Of a stretch of DNA of 64,000 bases, positions 12,635-25,825 are shown one piece after another (position 1 is the stretch's first letter; each line of letters opens with the position of its first letter). The notes under the pieces are model-generated. The model made no database searches and was not told the origin of the DNA. It saw only the letters and a program-made list of their open reading frames with translations. Where the stretch lies: NCBI RefSeq assembly GCF_963921235.1, contig NC_086097.1, positions 18,292,001-18,356,000 on the forward strand. The letters are read 5' to 3'. This DNA comes from Mobula hypostoma. Lineage: Eukaryota. A program made the translations under genes and the position numbers.

Positions 12635-15270
12635 CCATATAACCGTATAACAATTACAGCATGGAAACAGGCCATCTCAGCCCTTCTAGTCCATGCCAAA
12701 CGCTTACTCTCACCTAGTCCCACCGACCTGCACTCAGCCCATAACCCTCCATTCATTTCCTGTCCATATACCTATCTAATTTTTCTTTAAATGACAATAT
12801 CGAACCTGCCTCTACCACTTCTACTGGAAGCTTGTTCCACACAGCCACCACTCTCTGAGTAAAGAAGTTCCCCCTCATGTTACCCTTAAACTTTTGCCCC
12901 CTAACTCTCAACTCATGTCCTCTTGTTTGAATCTCCCCTACTCTCAATGGAAAAAGCCTATCCATGTCAACTCTATCTATCCCCCTCATAATTTTAAATA
13001 CCTCTATCAAGTCCCCCCTCAACCTTCTACGCTCCAGAGAATAAAGACCTAACTTGTTCAACCTTTCTCTGTAACTCAGGTGCTGAAACCCAGGTAACAT
13101 TCTGGTAAATCTTCTCTGTACTCTCTCTATTTTGTTGACATCTTTCTCATAATTCGGTGACCAGAACTGTACACAATACTCCAAATTTGGCCTTACCAAT
13201 TCCTTGTACAATTTTAACTTTACATCCCAACTCTTATACTCAGTGCTCTGATTTATAAAGGCTAGCATACCAAAAGCTTTCTTCACCACCCTATCCACAT
13301 GAGATTCCACCTTCAGGGAACCATGCACCATTATTCCTAGATTCCTCTGTTCTACTGCATTCTTCAATGCCCTACCATTTACCATGTATGTCCTATTTTG
13401 ATTAGTCCTACCAAAATGTAGCACCTCACACTTGTCAGCATTAAACACCATCAGCGATCTTTCAGCCTACTCTTCTAACTGACCTAAATCTCTCTGCAAG
13501 CTTTGAAAACCTGCTTCATTATCCACAGCACCACCTATCATAGTATCATCTGCATACTTACTAATCCAATTTACCATCCCATCATCCAGATCATTAATGT
13601 ATATGACAAACAACATTGAACCCCGTACAGATCCCTGAGGCACATCACTACTCACCGGCCTCAAATCTGACAAACAGTTACCCACCACTACTCTCTGGAA
13701 TCTCCCATCCAGCCACTGTTGAATCCATCTTACTACTTCCATATTAATACCTAACAATTGAACCTTCCTAACCAACCTTCCGTGTGGAACCTTGTCAAAG
13801 GCCTTACTGAAGTCCATATAGACAACATCCACCGCTTTACCCTCGTCAACTTTCCTAGTAACATCTTCAAAAAATTCAATAAGATTTGTCAAACATGACC
13901 CTCCACACACAAATCTATGTTGACTGTTCCTAATCAGACCCTGTCTATCCAGATAATTGTAAGTAACATCTCTAAGAATACTTTCCATCAATTTACCCAC
14001 CACTGACGTCAAACTCACAGGCCGATAATCGTTAGGTTTACTCTTAGAACCCTTTTTAAACAATGGAACAACATGAGCAATATGCCAATCCTCTGGCACC
14101 ATCCCCGTTTCTAATGACATTTGAAATATTTTTGTCAGAGCCCCTGCTATTTCCACACTAACTTCCCTCAAGGTCCTAGGGAACATCCTGTCTGGACCCA
14201 GAGACTTATTCACTTTTATATTCCTTAAAAACGCCAGTACTTCCTCTTCTTTTATCATCATAGTTTCCATAACTTCCCTATTTGTTTCCCTTACCTTACA
14301 CAATTCAATATCCTTCTCCTTAGTGAATACCAAAGAAAAGAAATTGTTCAAAATCTCTCCCATCTCTTTTGGCTCCACACGTAGCTGTCCACTCTGATTC
14401 TCTAAAGGACCAATTTTATCCCTCACTATCCTTTTGCTATTAATATAACTGTAGAAACCCTTTGGATTTATTTTCGCCTTACTTGCCAAAGCAACCTCGT
14501 ATCTTCTTTTAGTTTTTCTAATTTCTTTCTTAAGATTCATTTTACATTCTTTATATTCCTTGAGCACCTCATTTGCTTCATGCTGTCTATACTTATTGTA
14601 AATATCTCTCTTTTTCCGAACCAAGTTTCCGATATCCCTTGAAAACCATGGCTCTCTCAAACGTTTAACGTTTCTTTTCAACCTAACAGGAGCATAAAGA
14701 TTCTGTACCCTCAAAATTTCACCTTTAAATGACCTCCATTTCTCTATTACATTCTTCCCATAAAACAAATTGTCCCAATCCACTCCTTCTAAATTCTTTC
14801 ACATCTCCTCAAAGTTAGCCTTTCTCCAATCAAAAATCTGAACCCTGGGTCCAGACCTATCTTTCTCCATAATTATATTGAAACTAATGGCATTGTAGTC
14901 ACTGGACCGGAAGTGCTCCGCAACACATACCTCTGTCACCTGCCCTATCTCATTCCCTAACAGGAGATCCAACACTGCCCCTTCTCTAGTTGGTATCTCT
15001 ATGTATTGCTGCAAAAAACTATCCTGCACACATTTTACAAACTCCAAACCATCCAGCCCTCTTACAGTATGGGCTTCCCAGTCTATGTGTGGAAAATTAA
15101 AATCTCCCACAATCACAACCTTGTGCTTACTACAAATATCTGCTATCTCCTTACAAGTTTGCTCGTCCAATTCTCGCTTCCCATTAGGTGGTCTATAATA
15201 CACCCCTATAAGCATTACTACACCTTTCCCATTCCTCAATTCCACCCAAATAGCCTCCCTAGACGAGCCC
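12635..15270 (-). mobile_element. Younger 5'-truncated CR1 LINE nested in ORF1 of the older CR1
   Basis: Complete 3' UTR and tail at 12635-12750; long ORF2 segment; 5' junction near 15270. Confidence 0.9.
12753..15270 (-). pseudogene. CR1 ORF2 (C-terminal half of APE endonuclease plus reverse transcriptase)
   Basis: ORFs 14799-15299, 13467-14783 and 12753-13451 share one frame and are separated by single stops; motifs GVYYRPP, VGDFNFP, YRPVSLTS, DFSKAFDKV, PQGSV, YADD. Confidence 0.93.
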
Positions 15271-16029
15271 TTCCCTTCGTTTCCCTGACCGTCACCCACT
15301 CCTGCAGTTTCAGGGTGACTAACTCCCTGTAGCTCCTCTCTGTCTCCTTTTCACTCTCCCTAATAAACTGTAGGTCATCGAGCCGAAGCTCCAGATTCCT
15401 AACACAGTCTCTCAGGAGCTGCATCTTGGTGCACCTGGCGCAGATGTGGTCATCTGGGAGACTGGAAGATTCCCAGGATTCCCACATCTGACACCCAGAG
15501 GAAAATACTAACCCTACCAACATGCTCTCTATTCCTCAAAGAAATACAAAGATAAACCAAAGTCCACCTAACCACTTACCTCGCCGAAGCTCACTTTCGC
15601 TGAAGCCTGAATGAGCTAATGTCGGTTCTACCCTCGCCACTGGTCTACTCTGTTTATCCCTTCTGTACTTTTACTCAGTTTGTTGAGCTCAGTTACCGCT
15701 GCTGATAGGCTCTGCACAATGGGCTAACGCCCGTGAAGCTCTCATTTCAAATAACAGCCTCTGACCTGCGAGAAGCACTCCTTTATCGAGCACAGTTGCC
15801 ACTCGCTGATAGGCCCTGCACAATCATGACTGGAATTGTGATCAGCACAAATTGTTGTTCATGGAGCTTGTTTTTTGTACCCTATGATTGCCCACACATC
15901 ACCTTATCTCGACATTGCTGAAGGCAGGTCAGAGACACTGCAACCCATGTCTGATGTTAGATTAGCAGCCGTTCATAGACTCTAGAAGGTCTTGATCTTC
16001 AGCTGAAACTCAATCCCTTGTTAATTCCT

Positions 16030-16880
16030 GGAGAGTGATGCTGGAGAAGTAGTAATGGGGGACAAAGAAATGGTTGATGAACTTAATAAATATTTTTCAT
16101 CAGTTTTTACTGTGGAAGATAGTAGAAGTATGCCAGAAATTTGAGAGTGTCAGGGATCTGAAGTGAGTGTAGGTACTATTACTAAGGAGAAGGTGCTTGG
16201 GAAACTGAAAAGTTTGAAGCCAGATAAGTCTCCAGGACCAAATTCCACCCCAGGGTTCTGAAAGAGGTGGCTGAGGACAAATCTCAGAGTTGTATATGGA
16301 TAAATCCTTTGATAATAAATGAAGCTTCGAACCTTTGAAGAGATTGTGGAGGCATTAGTAATGATCTGTCAAGAATCACTAGATTCTGGAATGGTTCCTG
16401 AGGACTGGAATATTGCAAATGTCACTCTACTCTTTGAGAAAGGAGGAAGGCCCAAGAAAGGAAATCATAGGCCAATTAGCCTGACTTCAGTTTTTGGAAG
16501 CACATGATAAAATAGGCTGAAAGAAACATGGTTTCCGTAAGGAGAAATCTTGCCTTACAAATTTGTTGGAATTCTTTGAATAAGCAGGATGGTTAAAGGA
16601 GAATTGGTGGATGTTGTGTACTTGCATTTTCAGAAGGCCTTTGACAAGGTCTCACACATGAGGCTGCTTAGTAAGATAAGAGCCCATGGTATCAGAGGAA
16701 GGATGCTGCCATGGATAGAAGATTGGCTTCCTAGCAAGAGGCAAGGTGTGGGAATAAAGGGGGCCTTTTCTAGTAGGCTGCCAGTGACTAGTGGCATGGC
16801 ACAGGGGTCAGTGTTGGGACTACTTTTCTTCATGTTTTCAGTCAACGACTGGGATGAAAGAAGTGATGGCTTTGCTAATG
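16030..16880 (+). mobile_element. CR1 LINE RT fragment
   Basis: SGMVPEDWNIANVT, HRPISLTS, FQKAFDKV and QGSVLG motifs with frameshifts. Confidence 0.88.
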
Positions 16881-17045
16881 TCTTGGGTGACATACCAGAT
16901 CTCCTCAAACTCCTAATGAAGTATAGCTACTGTTGAGGCTTCTTTGTAACTGCATTGAATTGTTGTGCTGGTTGTGCTGATCTATACACGGGTAATCATT
17001 TATTGGTGACTGTTGGTATATGTGTATGCTAGAGTGCTTTATGCT

Positions 17046-17085
17046 CTGTGTGTTTGTGTGTCTGCGTGCTTATGCTGTGAGTGTG

Positions 17086-17125
<40 letters not shown>
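17046..17125. repeat. (TG)n microsatellite
   Basis: Direct observation. Confidence 0.9.
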
Positions 17126-17329
17126 TGGGGTGGAGATTGGGTCCTCACTAAAGTTTAGATCATGATGGTTCATGTCCGGGTGGCTGGTCATAGGCTGAGC
17201 TGAGGTTCCGTACTTCCCTCTGAGGAGAAGAGAGCCAATATACAGAGGAAGACTACACCAAGACCAAGTAGGTAGAAACCACAAAGACCAGCAGCAGATG
17301 GTTGGTATTAGTAATGACTCACAAAGGGA

Positions 17330-19240
17330 TAGACCATAAGAAAATGGAGCAGAGTTAGACCGTCGAGTCAGTTCCTCGATTTGATCATGGCTGATCCATT
17401 TTCCTCTCAACCCCTTCACCCCATAACCTTTCACACTCTGACTTATCAAGAACCTACTAACCTCTGCCTTAAATATACTCAATGATTTGGCCTCCAAAGC
17501 CTGTGGCAATCAATTCCACAAATTTACTGCTCTCTGGCTAAAGAAATTCCTTCTAATCTCCATTCTAAATGGACGTCCCTATTTTCTGAGGTTATGCCCT
17601 CTGATCCTAGACTCACCCATCATATGAAACATCCTTTTCACATCTACTCTATTGAAGCCTTTCAACATTCGATAGGTTTCCATGAGATTCCCCTTCATTC
17701 TTCTAAATTCCAGCGAGTGCAGACCCAGAGCCATCAAACGCACCTCACATCGTAAGCCTTTCAATCCCGGAATCAAAGTTCAAAGTAAGTTTTATTATCA
17801 AAGTACATACACATCACCAAATACAATCCTGAGATTTATTTTCTTGTGGGCATACTCAGCAAATCTATAGAATAGTAACTATGACAGGATCAATGAAAGA
17901 TCAACTTGAGTGTAGAAGACAACAAACTGCGCAAATGCAAATATAAATAAATGGCAAAAAACAACAAGAACATGAGAAAACAAGATAAAGAGTTCTTAAG
18001 ATGAGGTCATTTGTTGTGGGAACATCCCAATGGATGGGCAAGTGAGTGTAGTTATCCACTTTGTTTATGAGCCAGGTGGCTGTGGGGTGGTAACAGTTCT
18101 TGAACCTGGTGTTGCAAGTCCTGAGGCTCTTATACCTTCTATCCGATGACAGCAGCGAGAAGAGAGCATAGCCTGGTTGATGAGGATCTCTGACGATGGA
18201 TGCTGCTTTCCTATGACAGCGTTTCATGTGGATGTTCTCAATGGCTGGGAGAGCTTTACCCATGATGTACTGGGTTGAAACCACTACTTTTTGTAGGATT
18301 TTGCATCCAAAGGCATTGCTGTTGTGATGCAGCCAGTCAATGAATCTACAGAAGTTTGTCAAGGTTTTAGATGTCATGCCAAATCTCCGCAGACTCCTCA
18401 GAAGGTAGAGGTTCTGCCATGTTTTCTTTGCAATTGCATTTACGTGCTGGGTCCAGGACAGATCGTGTGAAATAATAAAATCCAGGAACTTAAAGTTGCT
18501 AACCCTCTCTACCTTTGATCCTTTGATGAGGATTGGCTCATGGACCTTTGGTTTCCATCTCCTGATGTCTGCAGTCAGTTCCTTGGTGAGAAGTGTGCTG
18601 ATGGAGATTGAGGATGAGATGTTGTCAGCAATCTTAACTGACTGGGGTCTTCAATTGAGGAAATCCAAGATCCAATTGCACAAGGAGGCATTGAGGCCAA
18701 AGTCTTCGAGTTTATTTATTAGTTTTGAGGGGATGATGGTTTTAGATGCTGAGCTGTAATTGATAAAGAGCATCCTGATGTATGCATCTTTGCTGTCCAG
18801 TGAAGAGCCAATGAGTTGGCTTCTGCCGTGGATCTGTTGTTCCAGTTGATAAATTGGAATGGATCCAAGTCACTTCTCAGGCAGGAGTTGATATGTTTCA
18901 TCATCAACCTCTCAAAACACTTCATCACTGTGGATGAAAGTGCAACTGGGTGATAGTCATTGAGGAAAGTCACCACACTCCTCTTGGGCACTGGTATAAT
19001 TGAAGGCTGTTTGAAGTAGGTGGGTACCACAGACTGCTGAAGCAAGAGGTTAAAGATATCAGTGAACACACCAGCCAGCTGGTCAACATTTTCATGAACC
19101 TTCTCTGAACCCCCTCCAATGCCAGTACATCCCTTTTTAGATAAGAGGCCTAAAACTGCTCACAATATTCCAAGTGAGGCCTGATCAGCACCTTATAAAG
19201 CCCCAACATAACATCCTTGTTTTCATCTTCCAATGAATAC
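17330..19240 (-). mobile_element. CR1 LINE 3' end, interrupted by a Rex1-like insertion
   Basis: MIPGLKGL...LGLHSLEFRRM at 17579-17776; host sequence resumes near 19089 (ttttcatgaaccttctctg). Confidence 0.8.
17776..19088 (-). mobile_element. Rex1/Babar-like LINE, decayed RT to 3' end
   Basis: FTDIFNLLLQQSVVPTYFK..IIPVPK..LNDYHPVALSSTVMKCFERL and KSLRTCNTRFKN; tail ttgataataaaacttactttgaactt on the minus strand. Confidence 0.85.
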
Positions 19241-19765
19241 TGACACTGGTTAAAAAACAGAGTTGAAACTATGAAAGGGTTAATAACCAAGAAGATGTGG
19301 CAACTAATCTATTTGCAACATTAACAAACCACAGGAATTTCGCAGCCATAAAAGGAGAATTCAGGACCATAGCTTTGTGAATTTATAAGAACACACACTG
19401 AAAAATAACTCTCTATATCACATTGTGGCTGCTGCTTAGAAAATCATTTGCAATTTGAAATTTAATTTGAATAAGTATTACCATTTCTGTCCGGCTGCAT
19501 TTTGATAAGCACCAACCACTCTGCCAGGAGATTTGGGGCTTTGTTCCAGATTATTCATGGATCACTTACATAAAAAATTTGAAGCACGGAGCGTTTTCAA
19601 CAATTCATTCTGGAATGCAGTTAAAATGACAAATATGCCCAGTGTTTCAGTTGCACTTACGGGAGGGACAACAAGTGAGCCTTTACACTGAAATACTGAT
19701 CATTTAGTAAGTGGAAAGGAAAACAGAGAAAAAGAAGCATCCATTTCCAGTAAAGGCTCATAATC

Positions 19766-20160
19766 CATAAGACCATGAGACCACAAGACATAAGAATTAG
19801 GCCATTCAGCCCACTGAGTCTGCTCCACCATTCCATCATGACTGATTTATTTTCCCTCTCAGCCTCATTTTCCTGCCTTCTCCCCATAACCTATGACACC
19901 CTTTCTAATCAAGAACCAATCACCCTCTGCTTTAAATACTGTATACTCAATGACTTGACCTCCATTATCATCTGTGGCAATGAATTCCACAGACTCACCA
20001 TCCTCTGACTGAAGAAATTGCTCCTCATCTCTGTTCTAAAGGGATATATCTCTATTCTGAGGCTGTGTCTTCTGGTCCTAGCCTCCCTACTATAGGAAAC
20101 ATCCTCTCCACATCCGCCCTAGCTCGGCCTTTCAACATTTGCGCCCCCCTCAATCTTCTG
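19766..20160 (-). mobile_element. CR1 3' end fragment
   Basis: ccataagacc-type tail and 3' UTR shared with other CR1 copies in the window. Confidence 0.8.
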
Positions 20161-20389
20161 AACAAATTCAGTTAATAATATGAGGTTTGCAAAAACTAAT
20201 CTTAATATTGATGACCACAAAATTAACTGTTCAGTGTTGGTTAGCACACAATAGAAAAGATGCTATTAAGCTGGAAAAAGGAAATTTATGAGGTTGTTGC
20301 TGGGTTGAGCTACTACCTTAAGGAGAGAAATTGAGCAGGTTGGAACTATTTTTCACTGGAGTGTAGGAGGATGAGGAATGATCAAATAG

Positions 20390-20862
20390 TGCTGCCACGA
20401 AGAGGCCAGACTCAGGTTGGAGGAGCAACACCTTATATTCCATCTGGGTAGCCTCCAACCTGATGGCATGAATATGGATTTCTCCAGCTTCCGGCAATGC
20501 CAACCCTTCACCATTCCCCCATTCCTGTTTCCCTCCCTTAACTCATCTCTTACCTTCCCATCGCCTTGCTCTAGTGCTCCCCACCTTTCCTTTCTTCCAT
20601 GGTCTTCTCCCTTCTCCTATCAGATTCCCTCCTTTCTCCAGCTATTTATCTCCTTCATCAATCAACTTTCCAGCTCTTTACTTCACTCCTTCCCTCCTCC
20701 TGGTTTCACCTATCACCTACCACCTTGCACATCTTCCTCCCCTCCCCCCACCTTCTTGCTCAGACTTCCAGTTTTCCAGTTCTGGTGAAGGATCTCGCCC
20801 TGAAATATCAACTGTTTATTCCTTCCTGGCCTACTGAGTTCCTCCAGCATTTTGTGTGTGTT
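20390..20862 (+). mobile_element. Penelope-like element 3' fragment inserted in a CR1 3' end
   Basis: EEQHLIFHLGSLQPDGMN (GIY-YIG C-terminus), pyrimidine-rich tract and decayed terminal motif; CR1 sequence on both sides (20240-21222). Confidence 0.8.
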
Positions 20863-21394
20863 TCTTGTATAAAAAACATTGAGAGATATAGTCATTGTGC
20901 ACAGCCTTTTTCGCAGGGCTGGAGAATCAAGAACCAAAGGTGAGAGGGAAGGGATTTAATGGGAATCTGAAGGGCAACTTTTTCACCCAGAGGGTTGTTA
21001 ATAGAAGGAATGAGCTGACAGAGGAAGAGACATTAACAATATTTACATAAATATTAACAAGGTTCATTAACAACATTTAAAGGCCACTTGGACAGGTACA
21101 TGGATAAGAAAGGTTTAGAGTCATATGGACCAAAGAGACTTAGCTTAGATGAGACTATTGGTCAGCATGGACCAGACGGAATGAAGGGCCTACTTTGGTG
21201 CTGTGTCACTTCATGACTCTATGTATAACCCTATAGCAGTTTTGTCATGAAACATCATCCTGTGTACTGATGTCCTTCAGGGAAGGAACTCTACTTTTGT
21301 CTTATTCTCTGTTGCATTCCAGAGCTCAACAATGTGGTGGACGCTTGACAAATGTTTGAAGTGACCTAGTAATCCACTCAATAATCAATAGTCA

Positions 21395-21912
21395 GGGGTG
21401 GTAATCGTGACAAGCTCCCACTTCTTATTAAATGCTCCCAATACATTCCCAGGCCAGAGACTTCATGTGTGGCTTAGCTAGTAAGCTTGGTGGAAAAACT
21501 TACACTGACAGGAGAAGGGGAAAAGGTGGGTAACTGGTGCCTTAAAACCAGTCGCTTCAGGCGGATGGGCCTTGCCAGTTGTGGTTGGCATCTCACTGAG
21601 GAGAAGGAAAACTCTGATCTCAAACCTCCACTGCCTTGTGGCTATACCCACTCATGGGGAAGGATTCAGGAGAAACTCCAAGGGAAAAATCCAGAACTGA
21701 AACTCCCTAAGGCAGTCCTACGTTGAGTTCAATGCTGACTGGCAACCCCTGAGATGACGCTGCTGCCAAACTGTATTGGTCTCTGCTGTTCCTTTGGCTC
21801 CATCAGATGCCTGGAGAGGGAGAGTTTGCTCTCCACATTGTATCGCCCAGGCTTACGTGTCTAGACAGATAATACACAACGTCCATGGTCGACCCTGTCT
21901 GACGCAGGCCCC
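21395..21912 (+). mobile_element. Short non-autonomous RTE-like element
   Basis: Contains ggagaaggaaaactctgatctcaaacc, a motif recalled from RTE 5' regions; GC-rich with no convincing ORF. Confidence 0.5.
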
Positions 21913-24900
21913 ATCCCCCATCGCATCATCTCAGTCATCACCACCTTCTGAAGAGGTGAGGATGGATGGGTAATCAGTGCTGGCATTGTCACCAATGCCC
22001 AGAGTCAAAGAAACAGATCTGAATGTACTTAACATCTTGAGGAAATGTAATCATCCGGAGTAAGAGTTCCAAAAAAGAAAACTGAATTTTCTCTCTGATT
22101 TCAAAAGCAATTGCATGGGACCATCTGTGGAACTCGAGAAGTTATGTATCACTTTGAGGTGTCATGCCATTCAGTTACTTTCACGTGCTTCAAGGGTAAC
22201 TTGGTTTAATCTTGGACCAGTCCCTTAAATCTTTTGCTTAACGGAAGTCTGTTGACACTAGCTTTAAACCTTCAGCTGTTTGAGGCACAGCTGGACTTTT
22301 TAACGGGGAATCTGGATTTCTTCCACCTTCTCAGGGTACATAACCATGGTAGTTAAATTATAACACGTATTCTGGAGGCTTGGCATCTTGATCAGCGATA
22401 AAGGTTCAATTCTGAGTGAGGCAGCTGGGAAATAACTCAATTGACTATATAACTCACAAATCAAGAAAAAGATTGATATTGATTGGTATTGATAAAGATT
22501 GGTATTGATAATGGTGGTGGTGAAATTAAGCCAAAGCCCTATTGGTTGACTGTTGTCCTTCAGGGAAGGAGCACAGCAGACCGAAATCTGGCCAATTTCT
22601 GACTCCAGGCTAACAGCAATGTAGCTGTCTCCTATTTCCCTCACAGATTGCCTCAGTGAATCAGAAGGGCAGTTAGGGATGTGCAGTAAACACTGGCCTC
22701 ACTGGTAATGACTTAAAGTCCACTGACGTGTGATAAACAGAACTCTAATTGAATTAGCTGAATATTCAACCATGACTGCCTTTCAGCAATGACATTTCTA
22801 TTGTTCCTAAAGAGATGGCTTTATATAATTACTTTCATATCCGTAGGACGCTGTGTGCTATTTGATTACCAATGAATTACAGTACTTAATGCCTGATTAA
22901 TATAGAATGAAACTATGTTATTGACACATAAATTTGGACACAGGAAGATCCCACAGGCAGCTTAAGATGAGTACTATTTAATCACGTGTGGGATGAACAC
23001 TGTTCAGGAAATGTTGAACAACATGCCAGGGTCTCATTTCTGTCTGTGTTACAATATGATCTGGATCTGGGCCGTACCCTCCAAATATCCGGACCTGCTT
23101 CTCAGTATTTTTTCACTGCCTTACTTTCCCTTTTCTATTTTCTATTTATGATTTATAATTTAAGTTTTTAATATTTATTAGCGATTTGTAATCCAGGGAA
23201 CGTGAAGCGCAGAATCAAATATCGCTGTGATGATTGTACGCTCTAGTATCAATTGTTTGGCGATAATAAAGTAAATATGTGGGTTTTGACCTTAGAAAAA
23301 ATGGCTTCGTGCAATAGTGTTTATTAAGTGCATCAAAAATCAAACTTACAAAAATTAGTGAGAATAGCAAAAAGACAACTACCAATAATTACAAAAAGCT
23401 ATCTACCAGAAAACACCATAAATAGCTCCATACTATTTTTGTTCAGTGTGTACACCCAGCAGCCTAATCTCTCCCTCTTAATAAAAGCCAATTGTCCCAT
23501 TTTTTTACGTACCAGGACATACCATTTTCAATTACCGATGAAGTTAAGACTATGCATGAATCAGAATATGATGCACCTCACAATGTGGTTACAATCATAC
23601 TGTAAAATAAACAGAAGTATTGACCCTATATAATATTTTATACAAAGAACCTATACAAATTTACATGTCCCCATTACCAAAGAAATGAAATATTCCACTG
23701 TGTATGGCAGGAAAGACACCAGAAAGCCACCGTATGCACATTAGCTTTGTTTAGGACCCACTATGAGAATATATCGGGGTGGTGGGTGGGAGAGATTGAA
23801 GTACGTACTCTCAGCACAAGGACAGCAGAATGACAAGGCAGTGTGTGTGTGTGTGTGTGTAAATGCCCACCTGTACAGTATGCATTTACCGAGAACTCTC
23901 CATCACAGTCACCTACTATCTCAGCCAAAAAAAAAACGTCTTGAGGAAGCAACTTCCCCCAGTAATTGCACCGAGACATTAGCTTAGATTGAATGTTGGA
24001 TCAAGTGCCATTATTGAAAACAAAATGGGGGGTGCCGTGTGTTGGGGCTGTTGATGGCGATTGAGGATTGGCTAATGGATAGAAAACAGAGAGTCAGATT
24101 AAACTAGTCATTTTCAGGATGGTTGTGTCTAGTGGGTGCTTCATGGATTGGCATAATCTCCATCAATGAATTAAGTGAGAGACTTGTGTGTAATATACAG
24201 TGTCAGTCTGCTGGAGATACAAAGCTTAGTGGCAGTGTGAACTGTGAGAGAAAACCACAACTGAAGATGGTTTTCCACAGTCTCTCCGGGGAACTATTTG
24301 ACTCATGGCAACTTTGCTCCAGAACAAAAGTTTATCCAAATGTCAATGGCTGGACAGCAGTGGACGGATGGTCCTTAGGAAGACCTGCTCACTCTCTGAT
24401 TTAAGTCCAAATGTGGATGGCATTCAAGTGACTGGGTCCATGACTCCGTTGCTGCAGGTTCTTGGCAAGAAGTATGACTGTGGTTTGTGGCAGGGTTCAT
24501 TAAATACCCTGCGGTGATGACTACCTCCTACCTATTTCTCAGGATAACTCGCACTCTCATACAATGCACCTTTTTGCATTCACTAAGATATCCATGAAAC
24601 ATATTGTAGCCTGGATATCGCAGCCCACACAGAGACAGGAAATAATTCAAGGACAGGTGTTCGGGAAGAGCTGGTATACAGAACAGCTGAAAGTTATCAG
24701 GATCATAACATTACAATCTTGTAATACGGTAAGCGGATGACTGGTTGCAATAAGCTTGGTTCAGTCTGTTAATGACTGTCACAGTGAGATTACTGGCATG
24801 CACTCAAACGCTTCCACACCATTTCAGTTATCCTTCCCAGAGGACAGGCCTGTGAAAGACCCACATGAGGGTGGCAGAACTAAATATCCTATTTTAATTA

Positions 24901-25354
24901 ATGCTTGCTAAAAAAGATCATTCCTTTCTCGCTTCTGTGTAGTATTTTATGAGCAGGCCTTTCTCAAGAATATCAATCAGCATCCTTCATTGGAATTGTT
25001 CACTGCTCTTCTGTGAACTGAAACATGTTTTGTCACAATAAACAGCTGGGTGAAAGAGTATTTAATCTGATCTCCCCCTCTATTGTTCAGGTATTCCTGC
25101 AGGGTAGCGGTAAATAGGTTCACTTCCTGAGATCAACACTCAAGATGCCGAGGGCAACTTGTAGATTGACAACAGCCAACTCCTGTTCAAAGGAAGAAGC
25201 AACATTAGAGAAACAACTTCTTGGCTGCTTGGCTGCTTTACATCTGAGATGGGACTTAAAAGTTTGAGTGCAGCATTAGAGGTGAGACTTCCAAGTTCCA
25301 CAGATGAAGTATGACTTTGAAAGTGTAATGTACAAAGTGGAATATCAGCACATA

Positions 25355-25825
25355 TGCAAAGAGAGCAGCATCCACCATCAGGAACACCCACCCACTAAGC
25401 CACACTCTCTTCTCGCTACTGCCATCAGGAATAAGGTACAGGAACCTTAGGTCCCACGCCACCAGGTTAAAGAACAGTTATTACCCTTCAACCATCAAGC
25501 TCCTGAATCAGAATATATAACGTCACTCACCCCAACACTGATCTGATTCCACAATCTATTGACTTAGTTTCAAGGACTCTACAATTCATGTTCCCGATTT
25601 TATTTATTTATTCATGTTATTATAATTTTCCTTTTCTTTTTGTATTTGCACAATTTGTCATCTTTTGCACATTGGTTGTTGTCTGCCTTTGTTTGTGTGT
25701 AGTTTTTCATGGATTCTTTGTATTTCATTGTTCTACTGTGAATGCCTACAAGAAAATGAATCGCAGAATAGCATTCGATGATATATACATACATTGATCA
25801 TAAATTTGGTCTGAAATTTGAACTT
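25355..25825 (+). mobile_element. Rex1/Babar-like LINE 3' end
   Basis: gcagcatccaccatcagg...accaccaggttaaagaacagttattaccc and tail tgatcataaatt...tttgaacttt. Confidence 0.75.

Larger units (their letters stand above)
9695..15850 (-). mobile_element. Large CR1 LINE (5' UTR, ORF1 zinc-finger/esterase, ORF2 EN and start of RT), 3'-truncated, hosting two insertions
   Basis: ORF1 CQMWESWESSSLPDDHICARC (15523-15275) continues near 12615 into VIGDSIVRGTDRRFC; ORF2 LKVLYLNARN (12058); ends at AVDVVYLDFQKAF near 9700. Confidence 0.85.

Noticed and set aside
15236..15523. ORF1-ORF2 fusion protein
   Set aside because: Chimeric read-through across the junction of two different CR1 insertions.
19660..19740. 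Possible minus-strand micro-exon (pyrimidine tract, AG, then GTAAGT)
   Set aside because: Only 27-35 nt with no recognisable peptide; cannot be told from chance without RNA-seq.
21440..21515. Possible HDV/CPEB3-like remnant (ttcatgtgtggc...ctgacaggag) in the 21.4 kb element
   Set aside because: P1, P2 and P3 partners cannot be assigned in this copy; a family consensus would be needed.
22300..22430. Possible minus-strand terminal exon (ASLRIEPLSLIKMP...)
   Set aside because: Weak acceptor and no recognisable homology.
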